Assembly (NCBI GenBank): GCA_034530615.2 | Contig: JAVRCV020000036.1 | Coordinates: 115,792-179,791, forward strand | Length of the DNA stretch: 64,000 nucleotides | Reading direction: 5' to 3' | Source of the DNA: Aulosira sp. ZfuVER01 | GTDB lineage: Bacteria > Cyanobacteriota > Cyanobacteriia > Cyanobacteriales > Nostocaceae | Position numbers and translations under genes: made by a program | Shown here: piece after piece, positions 18,545 to 28,176 of the stretch | Layout: every line of letters starts with the position of its first letter | Position numbering within the stretch: the first letter of the stretch is position 1 | Notes under the pieces: generated by a model | The model's input: the letters and a program-made list of their open reading frames with translations, nothing else | Told to the model about the DNA's origin: nothing | Databases searched by the model: none

Positions 18545-19165
18545 ATGTACATTCCAAATCCCTTTCGCGAAGAAGACATTGATAAACTAGTCGCTTTCAT
18601 GAGTACCAATAGTTTTGCTACATTGGTATCGATTCACAATAACGTCCCTGTTGCTTCTCATGTTCCACTCGTTGTCACTGTGCAAGATAACGTTGTGAAG
18701 CTTACAGGTCATCTTGCCAAACAAAATCCCCAGTGGCAAATCTTTGATCAGAGTGAATCCCTTGCTATCTTCACTGGGCCTCATGCCTACATTTCACCAT
18801 CCTTGTATGAAAAGCACGAGAGCGTACCGACCTGGAACTATATAGCTGTTCATGCTTATGGTATACCTCAAATCATCACTCTGGAGGACTCACCAGAACT
18901 GATGGATAAGATGATAGATGAAATGATTGCTACATATAGTTCTGATTACAAATCGCAGTGGGATAGCTTATCTGATAACTTTCGTCAGGGAATGATGAAC
19001 GGTATCGTTGGTTTTGAGATGACAGCGACACGATTGGAAGGAAAATATAAACTCAGCCAAAACCGCAGTCACACTGACCAATATAATGTTGCCCATGCGT
19101 TGCTAAACAGTACAGATCAAGAGGCTCAAGCTATAGGTACAGCAATGCAACAGAATTTGGACTAA
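18545..19165 (+). CDS. FMN-binding PaiB-family negative transcriptional regulator
   Basis: MYIP..F, GHLAKQNPQW, GPHAYISPS.Y, VPTWNYIAVH, GKYKLSQNR. Confidence 0.9.
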   Translation: MYIPNPFREEDIDKLVAFMSTNSFATLVSIHNNVPVASHVPLVVTVQDNVVKLTGHLAKQNPQWQIFDQSESLAIFTGPHAYISPSLYEKHESVPTWNYIAVHAYGIPQIITLEDSPELMDKMIDEMIATYSSDYKSQWDSLSDNFRQGMMNGIVGFEMTATRLEGKYKLSQNRSHTDQYNVAHALLNSTDQEAQAIGTAMQQNLD

Positions 19166-19226
19166 TGACACCATCTATCTGGGTTTACCCGTGACTTTAC
19201 CCTTTTGCTGCAATAGAAATTAACCC

Positions 19227-20147
19227 ATGCCATACTTGACTCATGCCAGAGAAATTCATGCCATTATTGCTAAATATACGCAAGCTCAAACTCTGTGGAT
19301 AGATACAGAAGTAGCTGATTATAAAAGTCGTAATCCAAGATTATCGCTGATTCAAGTATTAGATGACCCCTATGATATGAGTGGCGATCGCGTTCACCTT
19401 TTGGACGTGTTAGACCAGCCTGATATCATAGGGGAATTTATTGAAAAAATTATGCTCAATCCTGATATTGAGAAGGTGTTTCATAATGCCAGTTATGATT
19501 TAAAACTTCTTGGGAACAAGCGAGCTAAAAATGTCACGTGTACGTTAGAAATAGCGAAAAATATTCCTTACTATCTTTTACCTTTACCTAATCATCAACT
19601 TAAAACTTTAGCTACAGCACTGTGTAACTTTCATCATATCGATAAACAAGAACAAAGTAGTGATTGGGGAAAGCGACCGCTAACTGAAGAACAAATTGAT
19701 TATGCTTACCTAGATTGTATATATCTTGCGCAAGTGCATTTAAAATTGTTAGAGTTACAATCGCAAATTATTCCCGATCCAACCACAGAAGATTTAGCAT
19801 TGCTGGGTGTAAGATATACTCAACTAGAACAGCAAGCTCAAATATTAAATTCCGAATTAGAACATCTGCAAGAGCGTATAAAAAAAGCTATGCAAGCTCA
19901 AAATGTATCAGAAACATCATATTGCAAGCTAACTAGTTACGAGCGCAAAACAGTTAAAGTAGCATTTGCTGAACTAGTAAGACTAGTAGAAACCCAAGGT
20001 GTTAATTTAGATTTTCCCATCACACTGACTCAGAAACTCCAAAAAGATTTAGGTGAAAACCTAGAACAACTGTCTGTAGATATTGATGAGACTACAGCTT
20101 GGCGGTTAACTCCCAAAACCCCAGAAGATGACATTCGTAATTCGTAA
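19227..20147 (+). CDS. RNase D-like DEDDy 3'-5' exonuclease with C-terminal coiled coil
   Basis: IDTE, VFHNASYD, DKQEQSSDWGKRPLTEEQIDYAYLD. Confidence 0.85.
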   Translation: MPYLTHAREIHAIIAKYTQAQTLWIDTEVADYKSRNPRLSLIQVLDDPYDMSGDRVHLLDVLDQPDIIGEFIEKIMLNPDIEKVFHNASYDLKLLGNKRAKNVTCTLEIAKNIPYYLLPLPNHQLKTLATALCNFHHIDKQEQSSDWGKRPLTEEQIDYAYLDCIYLAQVHLKLLELQSQIIPDPTTEDLALLGVRYTQLEQQAQILNSELEHLQERIKKAMQAQNVSETSYCKLTSYERKTVKVAFAELVRLVETQGVNLDFPITLTQKLQKDLGENLEQLSVDIDETTAWRLTPKTPEDDIRNS

Positions 20148-20549
20148 TTCGTAATTAAGTTATACCAATTTGAAAAAAGAATACAACACATGGGGATTTA
20201 TACCCTCGCGGAAACTGGTAAAACTTACGTATCGAGTAAACCTCAGCAAAAAACTTAATATTGATGAAGATTGCGCTAAAAAAATTCAGATATTAATTTA
20301 ATAAACTTGAAAAAAGTATAATTAAAGGCGGTAAAAACAGAGTCTTGCTGCCTAGAATATCACCTGTTGAAAGAGAGAAACTCAACATTTCAATCAGGAT
20401 AGATAACAGTTTTTATACTTCACTCTAGCCTGCAACAAGCCACTCTCCGTCTCATAGGATGTTGCTGAGATTTATTGTTTACAACAAATTTTAGTGACAT
20501 CTACGCTCTTCACATTTTAACCTGACAGACAATCGTTAATTAAACCTAG

Positions 20550-20745
20550 ATAATGACGCATCCCTAAATGATTCATGAAAACTTCTCTATCTTCTCATCC
20601 TTGGCGTCCTTGGCGTCTTGGTGAGTCCACTTGCCGTCTTGACGGTTCCCATCAATATGGCCAAGTGGCGAACCCGTTCGTCGAAGACGTTCCCGAAGGG
20701 TAGAGCGGTTCGTTAAGTACCACAAATCAGCTAGGATTGCTATAT
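20550..20745. repeat. Composite dispersed intergenic repeat
   Basis: CCTTGGCGT tandem units with nested palindromes (GCCGTCTTGACGG; CCCGTTCG...CGAAGGG); similar sequence at 27950-28150. Confidence 0.45.
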
Positions 20746-20811
20746 AAACTTACAGTCAAATAATTAATCGAAGAAATAATTCTATCTAGGTATAATGACG
20801 TTTAAAAAAAT

Positions 20812-21657
20812 ATGAAATTGCAATTATTTGAGCAACAATGGAAAAGAATAGCCAGAGTATTAATTATATCTTTATTAACTATATTGAGTGCAATCACCAG
20901 CCTTTCATGTAGTAAAAAAAGCGATGTATTAGTCACAGAAATTGGTGTCAGTCCTCCTAGCCGTCGTCGCCCAGCTGGAACATCCAAGGCTGTGGACTTT
21001 TATTTGCAAGGACAAAGTCAGCACGCCAAAGGTAACTCGCAAGCGGCGATCGCATCTTATGATAAAGCAATAAGCCTCAATCCCCAATATGGTGCAGCCT
21101 ACAAAGCGCGGGGACTGGCTTACTTTGATGTCGGCAACAAACAAGCTGCGATCGCAGATTATAATGCAGCACTCAAGCTCAATCCCAACGATGCGGAAGC
21201 CTACAATAGCCGTGCTAATGCCCGCGCCTCTCAAGGAGATAATAAAGGAGCTATAGAAGATTACAACGAAGCAATTCGCCTCGCACCTAACTACGCCGAA
21301 GCTTATAATAACCGAGCCAATGCTCTCGCTGCTGGCGGAGATCGAGATCGAGCTCTAGAAGATTTTAATCAAGCCATTCGCCTCAACACAAGATATGCGA
21401 TCGCCTACAATAACCGAGGTAATCTCCGTGCCGCCAAAGGAGATAATCAAGCAGCAATCTCCGATTACAATCAAGCCATTCGTATCAATCCTAACTTTGG
21501 CCCCGCCTACAATAACCGAGGTAATGCGCGTGCAGCCCAAGGAGATAAACCAGGCGCACTCAAAGACTTACAGAAAGCCGCCGATATCTTTCAAGGCGAA
21601 GACAATAAAGACTTGTACCAGCAAGTGATGAACAACATCAAAGAACTAGGGCAGTAA
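20812..21657 (+). CDS. TPR-repeat lipoprotein
   Basis: Signal-like hydrophobic stretch ending in LSC; about six AYNNRG/AI.DY TPR repeats. Confidence 0.88.
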   Translation: MKLQLFEQQWKRIARVLIISLLTILSAITSLSCSKKSDVLVTEIGVSPPSRRRPAGTSKAVDFYLQGQSQHAKGNSQAAIASYDKAISLNPQYGAAYKARGLAYFDVGNKQAAIADYNAALKLNPNDAEAYNSRANARASQGDNKGAIEDYNEAIRLAPNYAEAYNNRANALAAGGDRDRALEDFNQAIRLNTRYAIAYNNRGNLRAAKGDNQAAISDYNQAIRINPNFGPAYNNRGNARAAQGDKPGALKDLQKAADIFQGEDNKDLYQQVMNNIKELGQ

Positions 21658-21987
21658 ACTGACTGTCGCCGCTTTCAATTCAGCCTCAACCAATTCATCC
21701 AGCTGTGCCTGTTGTTCTGGGAGCAATTCTTCTCCCCGATCCCGCGCCGATCGCCATAATCTCATCAAGTCCGATAACTGTTGTTGTTGCTCGGCACTAA
21801 AGAATGTGTCAGAGCGAAAGCTTTGAATGATTAGTATGGCATTAAACTCAGCCTCACCCAACTGGGCAGTTAACGCATCTAAAGCTTGCCCCGCAGTTTT
21901 GCCAACAGAATGTTTATCTCCGGCGATCGCCCGATAGGATTTCTCTCCGCTAGGGTCTGTTGTTGGCAAGATTGCTACTGTAGTCAT
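21646..21987 (-). CDS. Hypothetical antitoxin-like protein, possibly 3'-truncated
   Basis: ORF from ATG 21987; GKTAGQALDAL motif and helical C-terminus; the 3' end overlaps the convergent TPR gene by 12 bp. Confidence 0.6.
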   Translation of the reverse strand: MTTVAILPTTDPSGEKSYRAIAGDKHSVGKTAGQALDALTAQLGEAEFNAILIIQSFRSDTFFSAEQQQQLSDLMRLWRSARDRGEELLPEQQAQLDELVEAELKAATVSLLP

Positions 21988-22036
21988 GGCTTTTAGCCTC
22001 AAGTTGCTGCCTCAAATTATAGCTTTCAGCCAAACT

Positions 22037-23533
22037 TCACTCCCGGTTATCTATCTGAGCGCGTTGTAAACTGCCTGAGAAGTCAACATAAACACTCTTC
22101 CATTCAGTGAAAACATCTAAAGCTGTAGTGCCAGCTTCTCTGTGACCGTTGCCTGTATGCTTCACACCACCAAAAGGTAAGTGTACTTCCGCACCGATGG
22201 TAGGGCCGTTAATATAGGTGATACCCGCCTCAATGTCGCGCATGGCAGTAAAAGCCCGGTTGATGTCGCGGGTGTAAACTGAGGAAGAAAGACCGTAGTT
22301 GGTGTTATTGAGGATGGCGATCGCTTCATCAAATGAACTCACCTCAATTAATGCCACTACTGGCCCAAATATCTCCTCACGAGCCACACGCATTTCGGGA
22401 GTTACATCATCCAAAATGGTTGGTTGAAAGAAGTAACCATTTTTTAGTTGCTCCTCGCTGGCAATTTCCCCACCAATTAAAATCTTTGCACCTTCTTCAC
22501 GGGCAATTTCCATATAATTATTTACCCGTTGACGTTGGGATTCGTTGATTAACGGCCCGATATCTGTATTGGTATCTGTGCCAGCCCCTAAGCGTAACTT
22601 GCTGGTACGCTCATAAAGCATCGCAGTAAATTTTTCTTTGATATCGCGGTGCAAAATTAAGCGACTAGTAGCTGTACATCTTTGTCCAGTTGTCCCAAAT
22701 GCTCCCCAAACAGCACCATCTAAGGCTAGTTCTAAGTCTGCATCTTCCATTACCACTTGGGCATTTTTACCACCCATTTCTAAACACACGCGCTTGTGAG
22801 TGCGTCCGCAAGTAGCACCGACAAATGCACCTGTTTCCGAAGAACCAGTAAAAGACACCAAATCAACATCAGGATGCTCAACTAAAGCTTTCCCAGCTTC
22901 TTCACCTACACCATGCACCAGGTTAATGACTCCAGGTGGTAAACCAGCCTCGGCAAAAATCTCAATTAGTTTGGTTGCACAAGCAGGGGTATCTTCCGCC
23001 GGCTTGAGGATCACAGTATTCCCACATACCAATGCTGGCATAGCTTTCCAGCAAGGAATCGCCACAGGGAAATTCCAAGGAGTAATCAAAGCACACACCC
23101 CTATAGGCGATCGCACTGTCATTGCGAATTTATTGGGCATTTCCGAGGGAGTAGTTAGCCCAAATAGCCGCCGCCCTTCACCAGCACTATAAAAAGCACA
23201 GTCAATTCCTTCTTGAACATCTCCTCTAGCTTCAGTTAAGGGCTTACCCATTTCCCGACTAATTAACTGAGCGAGTTCTTCTTTATGTTGAAGTAATATT
23301 TCCCCAACCCGAAAAATATATTCTGCTCTGGCTGGTGCGGGGACTTTCCGCCAACTTTGGTAAGCTTGGCGGGCTGCGGCTACTGCTGTATTCACATCAT
23401 TTGCTACGGAACGGGGGAAAGTAGCAACAACTTCATTTTTATCAGCAGGATTACGACTTTCTAAGGTAGCTCCCCCTAAAGCACTCAACCATTGACCATC
23501 GATATAATTACGACAACTTAACGTAGTAGTCAT
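22037..23533 (-). CDS. NAD(P)-dependent aldehyde dehydrogenase
   Basis: [42 protein letters not shown]. Confidence 0.95.
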   Translation of the reverse strand: MTTTLSCRNYIDGQWLSALGGATLESRNPADKNEVVATFPRSVANDVNTAVAAARQAYQSWRKVPAPARAEYIFRVGEILLQHKEELAQLISREMGKPLTEARGDVQEGIDCAFYSAGEGRRLFGLTTPSEMPNKFAMTVRSPIGVCALITPWNFPVAIPCWKAMPALVCGNTVILKPAEDTPACATKLIEIFAEAGLPPGVINLVHGVGEEAGKALVEHPDVDLVSFTGSSETGAFVGATCGRTHKRVCLEMGGKNAQVVMEDADLELALDGAVWGAFGTTGQRCTATSRLILHRDIKEKFTAMLYERTSKLRLGAGTDTNTDIGPLINESQRQRVNNYMEIAREEGAKILIGGEIASEEQLKNGYFFQPTILDDVTPEMRVAREEIFGPVVALIEVSSFDEAIAILNNTNYGLSSSVYTRDINRAFTAMRDIEAGITYINGPTIGAEVHLPFGGVKHTGNGHREAGTTALDVFTEWKSVYVDFSGSLQRAQIDNRE

Positions 23534-23642
23534 GTTTAAGACCTCCAGTTTCTCTCCACTGGAACTTTTGTACTAATTTTGCCGTGCTTTAGAGTTTACC
23601 GTCAAGTCTGAGATTAAGTAAAAAGCTAGTTTATGGTACTTA

Positions 23643-23791
23643 TACCATTTTAGATTTTAGATTTTGCGGAAAGTTGCGTGCGGGGGTTCCCCCCGTTGAG
23701 CAAACTTTTCAGGACAGATTTTGGATTGTGAAACATCTATTGGATAAGCGTTTCAGATTTCCATCTGTCGCAATCATTTTTCAAATTGGTA
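23643..23791. mobile_element. MITE-like element with TACCA(A)TT...AATTGGTA ends and TTA duplication
   Basis: TTA on both flanks; contains TTTTAGA heptamers and a GCGGGGGTTCCCCCCG palindrome. Confidence 0.55.
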
Positions 23792-23871
23792 TTAAAACTA
23801 CAAAAAAATAAAGAGACTGATATTTTTGTTAACCAGTCTCTTTGATGATGTGTCACTTGAGTTAGCTAGAT

Positions 23872-24252
23872 TTACTTCATTGCAGCCAAAGTCCGGCGTC
23901 CAATGATTCCATCTGCTTTTAAGCCTTTAGATTTTTGGAATTTCATAACAGCTGAACGTGTCTCTTTATTAAAGACACCATTCACATTTCCGGTGTACAA
24001 TCCTTGCTTCTTTAAAAAGTCTTGAGCAACTTTAACTGATTGTCCTTGGCTACCTAATCTTAAGGCGATAGTTTGGTTTGCCTTAGTAGTAGGCTTTTTC
24101 GCAACATTAGTCTTTTTGGTAGCGCTAACTTTAGGTTGTGTAACTTGAGTATGGTTAGTAGTATTTGGGCTTTTATTAGTCATCTGAGAGTACGCTGGCA
24201 CAGCAGTAGCTAGAGTCAGCATCGGGATTACAGCAAGTAATTTCCAATTCAT
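23872..24252 (-). CDS. Secreted peptidoglycan-binding domain protein
   Basis: Signal peptide, basic linker and PG_binding_1-like domain (LRLGSQGQSV...AVMKFQKSKGLKADGIIG). Confidence 0.85.
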   Translation of the reverse strand: MNWKLLAVIPMLTLATAVPAYSQMTNKSPNTTNHTQVTQPKVSATKKTNVAKKPTTKANQTIALRLGSQGQSVKVAQDFLKKQGLYTGNVNGVFNKETRSAVMKFQKSKGLKADGIIGRRTLAAMK

Positions 24253-25393
24253 ATTTCTTTTTCCACCACACAGAAATTGCAATTTGCAAAGTCAGTAATT
24301 TTCTCAGGGCATTGCCTGATAATTCCTAACTGGTAAACACTGGTGTTTGTTATAGCTTGATACTATTTACCCATCCAGAGTTGAATCAAGCATCACATAT
24401 CCTATTGACAGAGCTATTGCAAAACTATGACAAAATTATGTCTAATTTAAGCATTATTTTTTAGGTAAATAAAAAGACAAATTTATTTATGTAACACTGT
24501 TAAAAGGGAACTTAGAATGGGCAACAGCAACAGGAAAATCTCCAATTTAGAAGCGCATTGGCTGAGTCTGTTTGTTACTCAACTTTAAATTCTCATCTGT
24601 AAAAAACAAAGAATCCCCTCAATGCCTATTAATTTTAGGCTATTTGAGGGGTTCAAATGTTGCAGCAAAAAGTGAATTACTATTCAGTTAACAGCCTTCT
24701 GGTTAACATTTCAATAAGGCTAAGTTAAGTTTGCGTAAAGAAACTGTCAAAGATTCATAAAGATTAACCAGGTAATGCAGCCATTATCCACTGGAAATAT
24801 ATGGCAGCGGTGGTTTTGGGGAATTTTTGACTCAGTAAAAATATTTAGAACTTGATTCTGACACAGAAAGTTATTGCTGACGAGAGGGTTTGCTCCCCTC
24901 ATATCAATTTTGGATTTTGGATTTTGGATTTTAGATTAAGAAAGGCAGTCCCAATGAAGCAGGGGAGCAGGGGGAAGAAATGTTTGACTCTTGAGTGTTG
25001 ACTCTGGACTCTTAACTCTTGACAAAAAGAAATAATCCGCGATCGCACCCTCCTTTGCCAAGAGCGATCGCGAATCTCACCAATCATGATTGCCAAATTT
25101 ATCTTTATGCCGCACCTTAATCTAATTTTCTGCCTCTAATGCCACTATGCGGCAGATTTCATAGATGCACTTGATTTTTAGGAATGGATTGAGATTGATT
25201 ATCTGAGATATCCAACAGAAAATAACTAACAAAAAGCACAATTTTAAACTTTATTTATGCAAATTTTTGTTATGAAAAATTAGTTAATTTTTTTGAATTT
25301 TTAATTTTGAGGTTTTGAATTATCGTAAAGCGAAGGTCGCATTTTTTGTGTTATAAAACTCACAGCAATTTATCTTAGAGCAAAAAATACTCT

Positions 25394-27925
25394 ATGGAAA
25401 CAGAACAACTGGAGCGTTTTAAAGAATATGGCGAATTCATCCTCCAGAAATTAGACTCTGTGCCTGAATATCCCTCTAAGCAAGAAGATTGGGTACCAGC
25501 TAGTCTTGATGAGAGTCTGTTTCGCCTGCGGGAAGCTGCTGAGAAAACTGTAGAACTTGCTACTTCACCAGTAAAAATTGGGGTGATGGGTGAATTTAGT
25601 AGCGGTAAAACTTTGCTATTAGGCAGCTTAATCGGATACGCCGATGCTTTACCAGTTAGTGAAAACCCTACCACGGGCAACGTTACAGCCATCCACATCA
25701 TACCCCATGACGGCTTTGCTACTACCCAGTTAGGCAACTTTAAAGTCGAGTATCTTTCTCATGAAGGTGTGAGTGATTGTCTGCGCTTCATGGTTGGGGA
25801 AGCCAATCGCCGCACAATCGCCGCCGGACTACTACCTGCGCTGCTAACGAAGCTAAAAGAACCAAAAGATATTCTCATCTGGTGTGAGGAAACATGGAGA
25901 AGTAGCAATAATTTAGAGTTACGTTATTTGCTGCGGGAATTAGTATTATTTATTCGCGCTTATCAAGCTTACGGCGAAGCAATGTGTGGTGGATGCTACC
26001 AAATTGATGCTAACACTGCCCGTGAGGGATTGCAGCTTGCCGAGCAGCCAATGGCAATTCAAACTATTAGCTTTGATGATTTACCGCCTGCTCATATCAA
26101 ATTACCAAGTCCGCCGCAAACATTAACAACAAAGTTATTGCAGAATAGTTTCCCACTAATTCGTCGTGTGGATATAGAGGTCAAAATCTCACGAGAAATT
26201 TGGGATGTTACAGGTGCATCGGAATTTATTTTGCTTGATTTTCCGGGATTGGGTGCTGCAAATTCTGGTGCAAGAGATACATTTTTATCACTGCGAGAAT
26301 TAGCCGAAGTCCAGACAATTTTAGTGCTGTTAAATGGTAAATCGCCAGGAAGCGATCGCGCCAATAAAATCTTTACTATGATGCAGCAGCAGCGACCAGG
26401 ACAAGACCTCAAGGATCTAATTTTGGTAGGTGTGGGACGCTTCGACCAACTTCCTTTAGAAAGTGAAGGTGGGGAACGAGAACTCGACCAACTAATTAAC
26501 GATAACGGCGATTATCCCTTACACGAAAGTAGCGTTTTCCAAAAACTCAAAGTTCTGCAAACTACTATTGATGGTGCTAGTGCTTTTACCACCAAAAAAG
26601 ACCGCATTGTTTTACTCTCACCACTACTAGGACTAGCAGACTTAGCCAAACGTTCAACTACGGTAAAAGCCGGTTCGCCGGAATTTTTAGCTAATCTAGA
26701 CTATCCCGATTATTTAGACCGTTCCAAGCGGTTACAAGATAAATGGGGAACTTTAAGCGATCGCTTATTAGCATCTGATGCGCGTAACTATCTCGGTAGA
26801 CAACTAGGTTACTTCGCTCAAGATGGTGGGATTAGTAAGCTGCGGGAATTGATTCAAAATCACGTAGCTACTCACGGTCTGAAACAACTTTATGAAGACA
26901 CTAAAAGGTCTGCTGATACTGTACGTCAACAACAGGATAACCTGAAAATTATCCTCGAAGAAATTCACGAGCAAGGTATACCAACCGCAGACAGTCCAGC
27001 TTTGCTAGATTTGCGAGATGTGATTGAAAATTTGGATAAAACCTACAGAAATTTCCAAAAAGATTTAGGTAAAGAACCACTTAAAGATAGACGCGGAATT
27101 GGTGTCAGCGATGTAGTTAAAGATGAGCTAACATATAGAATTCTTAATTGGAATCAGTGGACTTTACTATTCAACAAATCCAATAATGGCACAATTGCAC
27201 TCACCGAATCTAAAGGTGCAGCCGGGAAATTATTTGATAGAGGAAACAGAGTTAATACTACCATTCCTACCAAAAGCGACGATTTTTATCCCACCTTTGC
27301 CAAGACTGTTCAAGAATTAGAAGAATTTGCCCGCGATCGCATTCGTCAAGCGATTGGAGATTTACTGACCAAACTATCAAACGTTGTCGCCCAAGAGCGT
27401 GAATATTTGTTAGCAAATCTCAACCCTGAAATGGAATCAGATCTCGAATCTAAATTTGGTATTGAAGAAGCTGAACTTTTTTATAAACTGCTGTTAGGGT
27501 GCGATCCTAATCAATGGCAAGAAGCTATCATCTCAGAAATTCATAGCAAAGAAAGAGCAATCTCACCAGAAATTATCTTTCCCTTAGCGCGTCAAGATGA
27601 GAAACACAATATAGGACAAATCTTTGATTGGGCACCAGAACGCAATGGTTCCTCCAAATCCAATAATCATCAACTTTTTGTACTGCGACTGCGGGATGAA
27701 ATTACTGCTAGTGCCAGTCTACACCTTGTGCAATATGTTAGCGAAGTCAATCAACAAGTGAATGCAGAATTAGCAGGTGTTTTGGATCAAATTATTCCCA
27801 GTTTGCAAAATCTTTCTAAAAAAGAAGCATTGCTGAGATATATAGCCGCTGGAGAATCATCACAGCTAGCAATTCCTACTTGGTTGCAAATTCTTTCAGA
27901 TGTTGCAGTTATTAATTATCGGTAA
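25394..27925 (+). CDS. Dynamin-like/SrfC-like large P-loop GTPase
   Basis: G1 GEFSSGKT, G2 LPVSENPTT, G3 LLDFPG, G4-like GRFD, then a long helical C-terminal region. Confidence 0.75.
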   Translation: METEQLERFKEYGEFILQKLDSVPEYPSKQEDWVPASLDESLFRLREAAEKTVELATSPVKIGVMGEFSSGKTLLLGSLIGYADALPVSENPTTGNVTAIHIIPHDGFATTQLGNFKVEYLSHEGVSDCLRFMVGEANRRTIAAGLLPALLTKLKEPKDILIWCEETWRSSNNLELRYLLRELVLFIRAYQAYGEAMCGGCYQIDANTAREGLQLAEQPMAIQTISFDDLPPAHIKLPSPPQTLTTKLLQNSFPLIRRVDIEVKISREIWDVTGASEFILLDFPGLGAANSGARDTFLSLRELAEVQTILVLLNGKSPGSDRANKIFTMMQQQRPGQDLKDLILVGVGRFDQLPLESEGGERELDQLINDNGDYPLHESSVFQKLKVLQTTIDGASAFTTKKDRIVLLSPLLGLADLAKRSTTVKAGSPEFLANLDYPDYLDRSKRLQDKWGTLSDRLLASDARNYLGRQLGYFAQDGGISKLRELIQNHVATHGLKQLYEDTKRSADTVRQQQDNLKIILEEIHEQGIPTADSPALLDLRDVIENLDKTYRNFQKDLGKEPLKDRRGIGVSDVVKDELTYRILNWNQWTLLFNKSNNGTIALTESKGAAGKLFDRGNRVNTTIPTKSDDFYPTFAKTVQELEEFARDRIRQAIGDLLTKLSNVVAQEREYLLANLNPEMESDLESKFGIEEAELFYKLLLGCDPNQWQEAIISEIHSKERAISPEIIFPLARQDEKHNIGQIFDWAPERNGSSKSNNHQLFVLRLRDEITASASLHLVQYVSEVNQQVNAELAGVLDQIIPSLQNLSKKEALLRYIAAGESSQLAIPTWLQILSDVAVINYR

Positions 27926-28176
27926 AAAAATCCTAATTTCTCTCCTATTTCCTTCCTTCGTGTTCTTCGTGTCCTTTGCGGTTCGTTTAAAAAATGATCA
28001 AGAAACGAACCGCATTCGGCAAAGCTGTTCCCGCAGGGTAGACGCAAAGGACGCAAAGTTAAGAATAAAAGTTAAAAATTTGAGAGTTTCACTAAAGATT
28101 TTGTAATCTCAAAAACCTCATTTTCTCTGCGTCTCTGCGTGAGACAAATCCTCAATTAAATTAACCCCTCAATACC